Source: Phaeosaccion multiseriatum (lineage: Eukaryota; Protista; Ochrophyta, other classes). Taken from it: DNA of 64,000 nucleotides. The stretch's first letter is position 1; each line of letters begins with the position of its first letter. The notes beneath the pieces are model-generated. The model saw only the letters and a list, made by a program, of their open reading frames with translations, made no database searches and was not told the origin of the DNA. Location: NCBI GenBank assembly GCA_965112735.1, contig OZ218950.1, forward strand, positions 1,736,001 to 1,800,000. The letters run 5' to 3'. Position numbers and translations under genes: made by a program. This document shows positions 24,369 to 37,639 of this stretch, in pieces.

Positions 24369-26754
24369 ATGCGTCTTCCTCTCATCCTTCTCTTGGCCGC
24401 TGAAAGCAGCGGCGTTCAGAGGAGCGAAGCGAGAGCCACTGCAGCCGCCTTCCAGGGCGGCCCTTCTCCATTTCGAGAGGGGAGGAGAGGAGGAAGAGGA
24501 GTAAAAGGAGGGGGGTTATCACGTGCTCAGGGTCTCTGCGATCGTCAGTATCGAACAAACTCTCACCATGGTGATGTGCACACTCGCAAACGCCCCCGGT
24601 GGATGACTCCTCCCACTACTTTCGGATACGGAAGCTGGAGGACAACGACATCTCCTCTTACGCTGCGGATGGCCCAACCGAATACGGCAAATGAGGGGGA
24701 TGGGGAGAAGGAGGCATCGCTCGTGCAGCACAGGCAACCCACCCAACCCACCTCGAAAGACCTAGCACCTGCCACAATTGCGCCACCGCCCGTGCCCACA
24801 GAAGAAACTTCGAGGCCGTGGAAGAGTCTGGGGGTGCTTGGTCTCGTTCCGTTGGTTTGGGGTGAGTCATTGTGTTAGTTTGGGGGAGCCACTGCCCTCA
24901 TCCCGCTGGTTTGGGTTAGTTTCGTGTTGTGTTTTGCTTCGTCAGAGGAAGAGGGCCTATCATCCCCTTGTCTCTGCAAGGTTTGTGTTTCGTCCAAGGA
25001 AGGTGACTATTATCCACTTGGCTCTGCAAGTTGGATGCATGGAAGAGTCTCTGGGGGAGTTTGATCTCGTCCCATTGGTTTGGAGTGAGGGATTGTATTG
25101 TGTTTCGTCCCGGAGAGGTGCCTATTCAGCAACTTGTCTCCAGCTGGACTTGGCGCTGCTCTTGCTCGCAATCGCTCTAGTTTTAACCTTTGGGCCCGTG
25201 TGCCCTGCGCCCCCCCCTCCCCCCCCTACGCTTCTGGGCCCTTGTCTTACAGGGACATATACGCCTTCGGTGAAGTTCATGTACAACTTGTCCGAGGTGA
25301 GTGCGTGAATGAGTGAGTGAGGGAGTGAGAAGTGAGTGAGTGAGTGAGTGAGTGGATGGCCTTGCGCATGCCCTAATCTCGGTCCTTCCTCCCCTCCCTG
25401 TCTCTATCCAGGCATACCACCCGCCGCCCCTGCTCTTCAATCTGGCATCATACATCGTCTCAGCCGGTACTTTGCTCCTTCTGTCTACTCTGAGGACATC
25501 TGAGAAGGAGAAGCCTCTACCTAAACAAAGTGTCCCAAGTAGTGGTAGTAGTAGTAGTAGTAGTTATACTAGCAGTAGCGGTGATAGTAGCAGTAGTAGT
25601 AACAGTAGCAGCAGAAGAGGAAGGGGCGCAATGAACGCGTCCACCAACGCCGCACAAGGAAGCTCTCAGTGCGGGATGGAGGTGACATCAGGGTCAGGGT
25701 CAGGGTCAGGGTCAGGATCAGGAGGATCGGGGTCAGAGGCAGTCACCCACGATACAGCAGCAGCAGTTGGTGATGCAGCAGCTGACCGCCGAGCACTGAT
25801 ACTGGCCGGCGCAGAGCTCGGCGGCTGGCTCTTCCTCGGCAGTACCGTCCAGATCTACGGCTTGCAACTCACCACGGCCAGTAGAGCGGCCTTCCTGGTC
25901 CAATTGACCACAGCCATGGTGCCTTTGTTGGAGGGGCTCTTGCTCAAGAGAAGGGGTATGTCGGTGCAGCTGCTGCTTGGGTGTGGCTTAGCCACGGCAG
26001 GAGTTGGGCTCATGAGTGGGGGTGGTCAAGCGGTGGTGGAGGCGGTTACGAGCCTCTTGACTTCTGCGTACTCCGGAAGTAGTTGGGTAGGAGCAGGAGG
26101 AGCAACAGCAGCAGCAGCAGCAGGGGGAGGAGGAGGAGGAGGAGCTGGGGTTGTGGCAGGGTCCACTTTGGTGGGAGATTTGGCTGTGGGCTTGAGTGCG
26201 GTGTTCTACTCGATGCACGTCATTCGATTGGGTGAGTCAGACAAGATGGAGAGGGGGGGCAAGAACAAGAGGAGGGAGAGGAAGCGAAAGCAGGGAGAGG
26301 AAGAGCAAGAGGAAAGAGGAAGAGGCCTGCTCCTGACCCTGCCCTCTCTCCCTCTCCCTCTCCCTCTCTCCGTCTTTCTATCTTCTCTCTCTCTTTCCCT
26401 CTCTCTCTCTCTGTTCTCTCTCCCTCTCTTTCTCTCTCCCTCAGGGTACCATGCAACAAAGCTCCGACAGGCCTTGAATCTATCGGCATGCAAAGCAGCT
26501 GCTGAAGTCTTTTACTCCATCCTCGCAGTCTCACTCGCGGCCTTTATCGGCGGTCAATGGGGAAGCTTTGTGGGGTGGGCGCAGCGGGTGGCTCACAGCG
26601 GCCACGCTTTGGGGGTGATTGGGGGGGTAGTGCTGTGGAATGGAGCCCTCACTACAGCCTTTACCATTCTGGCGCAGTCCTATGGGCAAGAGGTCAGTGA
26701 GAGACGAGAAAGAGAGATACGCACACCCACACACGCACCCACACACACACACGT

Positions 26755-26788
<34 letters not shown>

Positions 26789-27071
26789 ACCCCAAGGCCT
26801 TGTTCTATTGCTCCATCGTTGCGTCGGTCGTATTGTGGTGACCAATGCCACAGCGTGTCAAGCCGTCTGAGGCAAACCTGATCTACACTCTGCAGCCGCT
26901 GTGGTCCACGCTGTTCGCCGCCCTGCTCCTGCACGAGAACGCCTTCTCCAGCCCCTCGGAGGTGTGTCTGGGATTCTCAAGGCAGTGATTGATTGATATG
27001 TCAGTATTCTCCTTTTTTCCCTTATTACTGCTTTGCCAGTCTGTTATTTGTTACCGAACTCTCTGCTGGTC

Positions 27072-27111
<40 letters not shown>

Positions 27112-27325
27112 TCAATGGACGGGGACTTATCTTACCTTACGTACTTCTTGTGACTCACAGGTGGCAGGGGCGGCGCTCCTCCTTGCTGCTCTGGCCCTCT
27201 CCGCAAATGCGCCAACGGCGGCCCCCTCGGGGCTTGACATGAACCCCTCGGGGCTTGACATGAACCCCTCGGGGTTTGACATTGGGACCGACGAAGCAGA
27301 GGCAGCAGCAACAACAACGATGTGA
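24369..27325 (+). CDS. EamA/DMT superfamily transporter, possibly plastid-targeted; exons 24369-24861, 25253-25296, 25412-26231, 26445-26692, 26854-26961, 27161-27325
   Basis: Motifs VPLVWGTY, GAELGGWLFLGSTVQIYGLQLTTASRAAFLVQLTT, GDLAVGLSAVFYSMHV and AQSYGQE|RVKPSEANLIYTLQPLWSTLFA. Hydrophobic leader followed by AAAF. Confidence 0.88.
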
Positions 27326-27817
27326 AACACATAAGAGGGGCAGTCTTGGCTGTGCCACTCCTCTTTACATACTTTCGAAAGAGGGGTAGGGGATCTTCTT
27401 TTGAAGGGAGTCATCTCAACTTTGTGTTGGTTTGTGTTTGTTTGTAGAAGTAAGTCATGTGTAGGACATTTAGCGTGGACAAAAGAATAACAAGTGCTTC
27501 ATCCAAACCGTAAACTCTCTGTAGCTTACGGGATGGATGCATGGGGGAAAACGAAACGAAATGTAGAGCACTGCTATATAAAATCGCGTAAGGCTCAAAA
27601 CATTTGGGTCTTACGGTAGGATAAGGGAAAGTGGGAGTCACGTTTGATACCTTCCCCACCCCCATTCCATTCTGAAGTGGGATATTTGCTGCTGCTGTAT
27701 CACCAACTGCTGCTGCTCTAGCTCTTTTTTGACGTCATGACATGAGGCCCCCTTCCACTCTCCCTGGTCCCATCTGGCGCACGCCCTGTCCAACCTTCAA
27801 CCTTCAACCTTCAACCT

Positions 27818-30800
27818 TCATCCTCCGGGCGGTTTGTACCCTCCACTGCTGTGGTCACTGCTATGGTAGGTGTAAGCTGCTGCAGCGGCTTCTGCACTGC
27901 CTGCTCCTGTGCTCACAACAACGGCAGCAGCAGCACCACCACCACCACCACCAAGGCCCCGCCCACCATCCACAACAAGGTAAGACACAGGAAGGCAGTC
28001 CGTGACCAGCTTGAAGCCCAAAGATGTGATTAGCAGGATGCTTACTAGACTCATGGGCACCCCTGCTTTGAGGAAGTCTTTGACGGTCAGGTAGCTGCGA
28101 TTGAAGTCGTCCCTCGCCAGCAGCTTTGGTCGGGTGTGGTGGGGCGGGTGGGTGGGTGGTTTGGGAGACAGAGAGAAAGAGAGAGGTGGGGGAAGAAAGA
28201 GAACACAGAGAGAGAAAGACATGAGAGAGAGGAGAGGAAAGAGAAGCGTAGCCCCAATGTGAATGGCATTATGAGACAGAGACTAACCAGCCAAAACAAG
28301 ACCTAGAAACGAGACTAAGACTGAGCCACATTCTCCTCCTCGTCCATTTCACTCACTGACTCACTCACTCACTCACTCACTCACTCACTCACTCACTCAC
28401 TCACTCACTCACTCACGCACCCACTCACTCCCTCACTCACTCACCCACCCACTCACTCACTCACTCACTCAACCACCCACTCACTCACTCACTCACTCAC
28501 TCACCCACTCACCCACCCACCCACTCACTCACCCACTCCCTCACCCACCCACCCACTCACTCACTCACTCACTCACTCACTCACTCACTCACTCACTCAC
28601 TCACTCACTTCACTCACTCACTCACCGATGTAACGTTGGGAAAGGACGAGAAGGGAAGAGCACACCCTGCACTCACTGCCAGCGCTGCTGTAACTGTCAC
28701 AGTCACAGGGTGCCCGAGCTGCATGCCAACCTTCATTGGAAAGGAATGGACGAGGAAGGAAGGAAGGAATGGACGAGGAAGGAAGGAAGGGAGGGAGGGA
28801 GGGAGGGAGGGAGGGAGGGAGGGAGAGAGGGAGAGAGAGGAGGGAGGGAGAGAGAGGAGGGAGGGAGGGAGGGAGGGAGGGAGGGAGGGAGGGAGGGAGG
28901 GAGGGAGGGAGGGAGGGAGGGAGGGAGGGAGGGAGGGAGGGAGGGAGGGAGGAAGGATGGAAGGATGGAAGGATGGAAGGGAGGGAGGGAGGGAGGGAGG
29001 GAGGGAGGGAGGGAGGGAGGGAGGGAGGGAGGGAGGGAGGGAGGGAGGGAGGGAGGGAGGGAGGGAGGGAGGGAGGGCGGGCGGGCGGGAGGGAGGGAGG
29101 GAGGGAGGGCACGATCGTACAAGCAGTGAGTGTGATTTTCAGGCAGTGAGACGACTGTCGGTCCTTGGGGTATTTTTCCTCCTACCCCTCCCTCCCTCCC
29201 TTCCCTCGCCCTCTCTCACCTTGACAATGACGGGCATGAGAATGAGGGACGAAACTGTGTGAGAAACGAAGGTGGAAATGAAGAGTGTCACACTCACGAG
29301 CTCCAGCACAGACAGCCACAGCGCGTCCTCCGGCAACCCCTGTGGAAAGTTTCAGTGTCAGTTTTACGCCGTTTCAGTTTAAGTTTAAAGGTGAGCGCAT
29401 CGATATCCATGTCGATACGCTTCACAGTCCATAGGTAGAGAGCTCTACCTGCCTCACCCTCACACGAACCAACCTTGGTGAGCGCGTTGGCGATATGCGT
29501 GAGTAAATCACTCTTGGCGATGGCCATGCCCAGCACGTTACCCCCCCCGAGCAGGATCAGGGTGTGCCAGCTGAAGGAGTTGAGGTCCACTTCAGTGAGC
29601 AGGCCCTTGAGAAGTTAGAGGCGTATGGGGCATAGGGTAGAGGCATATGGGGGCGTAGGTTAGAGGCGTAATGGGTATAGCTTAGAGACATGTGGGGGCA
29701 TAGGGTGGAGGCATATGGGGGCGTAGGTTAGAGGCGTTAGGGGTATAGCTTAGAGACATGTGGGGGCATAGGGTAGGGACACATGGAGCAAGGTCGGAGA
29801 GGGTGGAGTGGGTGGCGATGAGGTAGGACTGGGGGAGGGGGTGGGAGTGAATCCATTCTGTGGGGAGAGTACACACACTCACTCACTGACTCACTCTCTC
29901 ACTCACTCACTGACTCACTCTCTCACTCACTCACCGAGCCGAACATGGCCACCATAAAGAGCAATGCGATGATGCCCAAGTCCCCGAACACATCCTTTGT
30001 AACGCTTATCGTCGCCCACCCCACCACAGTCAGAGCGGTCAGGGCCAGGATGAGCACACTCCTTGGTGTCAGGACGGAGTGCTTTGTATACACGATAAGT
30101 GGGATGGCTTGGGCGTCGTTGGGCTTTACAATGACAAGGATTACGAAGTAGGCAACCAAGACCCCGACGAGAGTGAAGGGGACGGCCATACCAAGCCAGC
30201 CTCCAAATGAGATGATGAAGCCTTGCAGCTCGAGCTGCTGTACGGCGACCACGTTCTGCATGGAGGCGATGGGGGTGACCCTGTTTTTGTTTGTAGGTAC
30301 GCACACACACATATGCACACACACGTTTAGACACACACGCACACACGTAGAGACACACATGGAGATACGTAGACACACACACATACACATACAGCATAGC
30401 CCAGCACAGGACAGCAGTTGGTGATACAGCACAGCAAAGCACAGCACAGGACAGCAGTTGGTGATACAGCACAGCCCAGGACACGCACACACACATAAGC
30501 CAAGTCGAAGCCAAGACACGGAAGCCCTCATGGATCGACGGATGCCTGTCGTCCATCCACTGCCATCCCCTCGATAAGGGCCTTGCCTTACTCCTCCTGC
30601 CTCCTTAGTCTGCTCAGCCGCCTGCCAATTGCAACCCAACTCAAACTCACATTCCGCCCATGTTGCAGGAGAAGGCCACACCCAGCAATAGGCCTTTCGC
30701 GAACCTAATGAGTAGATCAGTGGGAGGATGAGGAGGAGGAGGAGGAGGAGGGGGGGGGGGAGGAAGAGGAAGATGAAGATGAGGAGGAGGAGGAAGAGGA

Positions 30801-33800
30801 GGAGGAGGAGGAGGAGGAGGAGGAGGAGGAGGAGGAGGAGCAGGAGGAGGAGGAGGAGGAGGAGGAGCAGGAGGAGGAGCAGGAGGAGGAGCAGGAGGAG
30901 GATAGAGACACAGGGGAGGGGGAGGAGAGGGGGGCCTTGAGAGCTGGCTCATAGTCACAATCAATGACAGCAGAAGCTAAGACTAGAGGCGCAGTAAGTA
31001 CTTCCACTTCCACTTACCGGCTTTCCGTCCCCAAGTCTTTGATGATCTTTGACGAGCAGAGGGGAGCGAGCAGAGACGAGGGAGGAGAGGGGAGACAGAG
31101 AAGAGCAGAGAAAAGAGCAGAGAGGAGGAGAAGAGGAGAGAGGAGCGAGGAGAGAGTAGAGAGGAGACAGGAGAGAGGAGAGGGGAGAGAGGACCAGAGG
31201 AGAGAGAAGCGAGTAGAGAGGAGAGAGGAGAGGGAGAGACGAGAGACGAGAGAAAAGAGCAGAGAGGAGAGAGATACGTAAGGGTACGTAAGAAGGGCAC
31301 ACATACATACACGTACGGGCATGACGATGGCTCCAAATATCACGGGGGAGGTGTGATTCAAGAGGGGAGGAAGATAAGGCATACGTAGGGGCAGATAAGG
31401 CATACGTAGGGGCTATGCGAAGATACCTAACATTGGGGTATGTGACCTTACATACACTTACGGGCATGACGATTGCTCCGAGTAGGACGGGGGAGGTGTG
31501 ATTCCCAATGAGCATCGATAGGAAGAGCCCCAGATACATGATGCCCAACAGGAACAGGCGGGGGGTGCTGCCCCAGAGGCGCTGCATGGCAGACGCGAGA
31601 CGAAGCTCCAGTTCGCAGCGGCTGAAGGCGGCGCTGATGCTGTAGGACTTTTTAAAGGGGTGGGGATGGTGGAGGAGGGTGGGGAATAAGTCAAGGGGAG
31701 GGATGGTGGGGAGAAGTAAAAAAGAGGGTTGGAACGGGGCGATACATACATTGACTTCACGGAAATCAACTCCAGGAAATACGTTATTGCATTGTTTGTG
31801 TATGTGGGTAGGGGGTTGATAATGGATAACGGGCTGAATAGTGACTGACTGAGTGGGGGTTGTAGTTGGGGGGGGGTTAATTGGGGTTGTTCAGTGACTT
31901 ACTTACCCCCATGATGAGGATGCTTGTGTGGTTAATCATGCTGTCCATACACTCTTTCTGGTGTTGGGGTGTGGGTGGGTGGGTGGGTGGGTGTGGGTGC
32001 GTGGAACGACAGAGAGCCCGAGACAGGGATTACAAAGCGAGGGGCAGGGCAGGGGTAGAAGTTGGTGATTACAGGGGCAGGGGAAGGGGCAGGGAGGTCA
32101 GCGACCAGAAGGAGAGGGGGAAAGGAGGGGAGGGGAGCGGAGGGGAGGGGAGGGGAGGGGAGGGGAGCGGAGGGGAGGGGAGGGGAGGGGAGGGGAGGGG
32201 AGGGGAGGGGAGGGGAGGGGAGGGGAGGGGAGGGGAGGGGAGGGGAGGGGAGGGGAGGGGAGGGGAGGGGAGGGGAGGGGAGGGGAGGGGAGGGGAGGGG
32301 AGGGGAGGGGAGGGGAGGGGAGGGGAGGGGAGGGGAGGGGGGGGGGAAGGGGAGGGGGGGGGAGGGGGAGGGAGGGAAAGGGAGGGGAGCGGAGGGGAGG
32401 GAAAGGGAGGGAGGGCATATCGTAGTGGATTAAGCTCTCACAAATCAAACTCAAACTCAGACTACCCTGACCAACCAAGTTCCACTCACCGCCGCTTTGG
32501 GAGCTTCCATGTCCCCTCCGTTTTCGTGCTGCAATACGCCGAGGAACACGGTCAGGATGGGGATGAGGAGCGCTGTGGCGAAGTACGGCAAGCTCTCGGT
32601 GACCCACAGGCACGTCACTAGCACCAGCATACTCAGGCAGCGCTCGGCGTGAGGGTTCTCGCCGTTTGTCATGCTAAGGAGTAGGTGGGTAGGGAGGGGA
32701 AGGGGGCGGGTGGGTGGGTAGGTGGGAGAGTGGGTGGGTAGGGAGGGGGAGGAGGGACATGAGGGCAGTGAGCGGTGAGCGGTGGGCCAAGAGAATCACG
32801 GAGATGGGGAGGGGAGGGGAGGGGAGGGGGAGCGCACCCACCCACTAGCGAAGTAGAGTAACTGTATTGTAAAGTGAATTAAGTGAAACCCCTCACTTGT
32901 TGCGCCAGCTCAGAGCGAAGGCGACGAGACTGAAGAGCACATGCCAGGGCTTGACCCGAGGAAAGAGGCTCTCTTCCTCCCTGCCCACCTCTCCCTCCTG
33001 ACGCTTGCGAATCTCGCGCTTCATTTCCAATAGCTTGTCACGGGATATTAGAGCTGATTTGGGGAGGAAGGCAAGTGAATGGATGGCAAGAAATGGGGGA
33101 GGGGGGGGGTGGAGGGGATGGATGGGGAAGGGGGAGAGCAAGGGGGAGGGGGGGGAACAAGGGTGGTGAGTGTGTGCGTGAGTGAGAGGGTGAGTTGGTG
33201 AGTGGGTGATGGGTGAGTGAGTGGGTGAGTGAGTTAGTGTGAGTGTGTGAGTGCTCCTCACACTCTTTTCTCTCTGTGCGTGTGCATGTGTATGTACGTG
33301 TGTGTGCGTGCGTGTGTGTGTACGTGCGTGTGCGTGTGTGTGCACATGTGTGTGCACATGTGTGCGTGTATGCGCGTGTGTCGTCCCTCACCCCACCTTC
33401 TGCTCGCTCGAGGAGATGCTCCGGTGCCTTGCTGTGGTAGAAGGAGTAGTCCCCATCCGCTGCCATCTTTCCCACCCACAGCGGCTGGAGATCGGCGTCC
33501 ATCACCTTATCGTACTTCTTTATGATCTTGCGGAACCCCTGTTGGTCGTACAGCAGTTGGTGATACACCACAGCGCAGCAAAGGGACAACAAAGGCCCAA
33601 CAAAGGGAAATCGTTGCGGGACACCAACAGGGGAGTGCAAGAGTGGGGAAGAGAGTGAGGGAGGGAGGGAGACAGGAGTGACTCAGGAACAATGAGTGAG
33701 TCAGTAAGTGAGGAAGTGACTAAGGGAGGGAGGGGAGGGACGGAGCGGATGAGGGAGGAAGTGAGGCAATGAGCAAACCGAGGGGACCTCTGACCTCGCT

Positions 33801-36057
33801 GTTGAGCTCCACGTATGTTTTCAGGGCCTCCAGCTCCAGGAAGAGTGTCTTTTGAGTCGAAAGAGTGACAAAGGTGGAGGAGATGGAGGATGAGAGGGAC
33901 AGAAGGACAGAGGGAGAGAGAGAGGTGGCGAGGGTAAGTGAGAGAGTGGGAGACAGAGAGAGGCAAGCGAGGGAGACAGGGGGAGAGAGGGAGAGAGAAG
34001 AATTCTTGCTCCTCGACCTGGACAAGCTCCAAGCCAGGGATGCGAAAGTCGCAGCACGGCGGGTTTAGCTCCACAAGATCGTGACATGACGTCAGCAGCA
34101 CCCACACACACACGCACACTCACACACACATATACACTCACAAACACACACATGAGCTCTCGCATTCTCCTCACTGCTGCGCGTACGTAAGTACCCCCCC
34201 CCCCCTCCTCCCTACCCCAGCCCAACTGCACTCACCCGGACTTGACGAACAGTGTTCCCTGCCGCGTTTCCCCACGCCGGGTTGAGTGAGCGATTCTTTT
34301 CGAACACAGCCAGGCCCTTCCGTGATACCAAAGAGAGAGAACGAGAGGGACACAGAGGGGGAGACGAGGAGCGACGACGACACACACATTGCGAAGGTTT
34401 GAGAGTCGCGTTCTTGACTACTGCATCTCTCTCTTCCTCTCTGCCTCTCTTCCTCTCTTCCTCTCTCTCCCCCCCCCCTCAACCACCCCTGTACTAACTG
34501 CCCTCCTGCAGCATATAGCCAAGCTGTCGGTTACATCCAAAGCGATTGGCTACATTGGGTCTGGTCATGTGATGCGAAAAAAGATGGCCACGCCAACAGG
34601 GCTCTACAGTGCCGTCCCCTGAGGACATACATCCTCATGGCGCTCGCCCAACACCTCCCTCCCTCCCTCCCTCCCTCCCTCCCTCCCTCCCTCCCTCCCT
34701 CTCTCCCTCTCTCCCTCCATCCCTCCCTCCCTCCCTCCCTCCCTCCCTGCCTCCCTCCCTCTCTCCCTCTGTGCCTCCCTCCCTCCCTCCCTGCCTCCCT
34801 CCCTCCCTCCCTCCCTCCCTCCCTGCCTGCCTCCCTCCCTCTCTCCCTCTGTGCCTCCCTCCCTCCCTCCCTGCCCACTCACCTCCTCGAGCCCGGCCTT
34901 CTTCCCCTTGAAGAAGCCTTCAACCTTCCGCAGCTCCTCCTTCACAAGCGGGAAGAACTCCATCTCTGACTCTCTTCGCTCAGCGTCTATACGCTCGTGA
35001 GCTAAGCGGATCACCTGTGCAGAAGGAGGAGGACTTATGTAAGCTTACGGAATGTTATGTACGTATGTGAGTGATCCATCTTTTCGTAAGTGCATGGATG
35101 TTCTTGGGGTATATTTGACTCCTCGTGTCGGCGTCGGCGTGGGTTATGCGGGGAGGGGCCAGTTTGAGTTTCAGTTCGAGACTATTCACGCCACAACCAC
35201 AAAAGACGCGCCACAGGCTTGCCCTAGAGCCGCGTGTGTAAACTCACCCTGTCGGGGCTGTCCAACCTAGCCGGAGGCAGGAGCGGTGCTGCTGCTGCTG
35301 CCGCCGCCGCCTCTTCATCAGCACCTGCCCCTTCTCTGCCCTCTTTGTCATCAGCTGCCTCGTTCCTGCTCCTGGGTTGCTGTTGCCTCCCTCCTCTTTC
35401 GTCGTTGTGAGACCCGTACTGAGGAGGAGCAGGAGGAGCAGTTCCGTAGTGCTTCCCTCCACTCGCCCCACCCCCCTTCGCGAGTCCGAGGCGTGCCCAG
35501 TCGCTGTCCTTCCCCTGTATTCCATATGCAGCAAGTAGACCCTCTTCCTCCTGGTTCCTGCCCTGCCGCTGCTGCTGGTGTATCACCACCTGCTCATGCT
35601 TCAAAGGCCGTTGCAGCGCTTCCTCTCCCTCCTTCTCAAGCCTCTGCTGCTGCTTCCTCGCCTTGCTCACTTCTGCATTCTCAATCAGCGAGAGGCGCTG
35701 AGGGGTGGAGGAGGCGAACCACAGCAGTAGTGAGTTCGCAGGAGGTACAAGGGGTGGGGGGTGGGGGAATGAAGTTGGAAAGCCACATCTCTCCCGTAAG
35801 TGTGAGTATAGTTTCCCCTCTTCTTTCCTCAATGTACCTGGGTCCGCAGGAACCGATACCGCTTGAGCATCCGCTTCAGTTTGTGGTATGCCTGAGGAAG
35901 AGTTGGTTTAGGAGGAGGGAGGAAGGAGGGGGCTGAATCGGCAGGAGGAAGTGGGAAGGGAAGAGAGGAGGAGGAAAGGGTGATGCGACTCTCTTACCAG
36001 GTACTTCTCTTGCCATGCGGGATAGACTCCAACGTCCAGCTGCTTGCCGAACTTCAT
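27818..36057 (-). CDS. SPX-domain SLC13/CitMHS phosphate transporter (Pho87/90/91-like), about 17 exons
   Basis: SPX: MKFGKQL..WQEKYL|AYHKLKRMLK, FFPLVKEELRKVEGFF, LKTYVELN, GFRKIIKKYDK. TM part: LWVTESLPYFATALLIP, GVAFSCNMGGM, TPIASMQN, FSWHTLILLGGG, STFVSHTVSSLILMP, ALPFSSFPN, YLTVKDFLKAGVP. Confidence 0.93.
28760..29110. repeat. (GGGA)n intronic microsatellite; a (CACT)n tract lies nearby at ~28350-28622
   Basis: Read directly. The two tracts flank the 105-bp exon 28626-28730. Confidence 0.9.
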
Positions 36058-36152
36058 CGCCGGCCCCTCTCTGCCACTCTCTCCTTCTCTCTCCCTCTCT
36101 CTCTCTCCCTCTTTTCTCTCGCTCTCTCTCTCTATCTTTCTCACTCTCTCTC

Positions 36153-36170
36153 TCAGCAGCCGAACTTCAT
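36153..36170 (-). promoter_or_regulatory. Putative uORF MKFGC* upstream of the SPX transporter
   Basis: ATGAAGTTCGGCTGCTGA; its first 12 nt are identical to the main start ATGAAGTTCGGC at 36057. Confidence 0.55.
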
Positions 36171-36816
36171 CACAGCAAGGTGGCTACTGCTACATGCACT
36201 ACCTAAGAAGGAGAATATGAAGTAATGAACAAATGGCGGAGGCGCCCGAAGCTCACTCGTTGGTGCTCCGTGTCACAAATGGTAGTCCGCCTATCGAACC
36301 CTTTCCCCCCCCCAACCCTTCCCCCCCCACACAACCCTGATGCTGTCGACCATGCTATCGGCCGCCCGATCCGCAGATAGCGCGCCGGCGATAGCAGATA
36401 GCACACCCCCCCCAAAGCCGGGTGACGCTGCGATAGCAGATAGCACCCAGACAGATAGCGGATAGCACGTCAGGGGTCGACCCACTCCACTGATGGACAA
36501 CGATGTACGAAGCTACCGTGCCAGCATCCGAGGGGGCTTGTCATCGTCGTGGTGGTCTGCCTGCTTTACTTCCAGGTGAGGCTGCTGGTCCCCCTGTTGG
36601 TCTGTGTGGTGGTTTTGTTTCCCGCCGGACCTAAGCGCGCTAATAATGGCGCTAATGATGGCTTAGGTCCCTGGGGCCACCTAATCACCACAACAGTATG
36701 CATGCGGTTCGACCTTCATTGATTGCAATGCTCCGCAGCAGGGGAACGTGTATATGTTCCGATAGTGCCACTCGCGCATTTTTGGTCGAAGGTGCCCAAG
36801 GCTGAAGTCCGCACAA

Positions 36817-37307
36817 CTTTTCCCTTCTTTCCCTCCCTTTTCTTTCTTTTCCTTTTTTCTTGCTCGCTTCTTCAGTGTCTGAGACTCAAGCCGGAAGTTG
36901 AGCTCGCATCCGAGCAGCCTCGCCAACGATGGAGCGAAAACCCACGATGGGGCGCAGAGAGGGACGAGGAAGGGAAGAGAGCGGAGCCTGAGCACGCGGC
37001 CGGGGCCGACAGGGCACACGCCTGCACAGGTCCACGACAGCATTCTTCCACTCGTCCTGCTAAGATCCAGAACGAGTGGAAGAATGCTGTCGTCGACCTG
37101 TCCAGGCGTGTGCCCTGTCGGCCCCGGCCGCGTGCTCAGGCTCCGCTCTCTTCCCTTCCTCGTCCCTCTCTGCGCCCCATCGTGGGTTTTCGCTCCATCG
37201 TTGGCGAGGCTGCTCGGATGCGAGCTCAACTTCCGGCTTGAGTCTCAGGCACTGAAGAAGCAAGCAAGAAAGACAAGAAAGAAAAGGGAGGGAAAGCAGA
37301 GAAAAGC
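36817..37307. repeat. Near-perfect inverted repeat, arms ~240 bp, centre ~37063
   Basis: Centre CATTCTTCCACTCGT-cctgctaagatccaga-ACGAGTGGAAGAATG. Mirror ORFs 36681..37229(-) and 36898..37629(+) share their N-termini. Confidence 0.95.
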
Positions 37308-37639
37308 TTCCCCGGACACGACGGAGTCGGATGAGCCATCTCCTTCATCCGCCCCTTCGGGTTTGTCCATGGACACATCCGCTGGCGTTGAGGAGAGCTC
37401 AGCCTACCCAGCAGCCTGCAATCCCTTTCGCAAACCCCCGAAGAGAGCCCACGAGGGAGTTTACCGAAAGGTGAGTAGTGCGGCACTATCCCTCACTCAC
37501 ACTTACTTACTCACTCACTCACTCACTCACTCACCCCCCTCCTCCCTTTTCATCTCTCTCCGTCTTTTTCTGCCTCAATCCCCTCCCTCTCATATCCATA
37601 CGCGTGCCACCAGAACGCTGGGAGCCTAGCTGTGGGGGG

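Noticed and set aside
28618-29262. GGRE/PPSL repeat ORFs (likewise 32062-32613, 34531-34969, 41460-42132, 61896-62834)
   Set aside because: Stop-free translations of intronic tetra- and pentanucleotide microsatellites.
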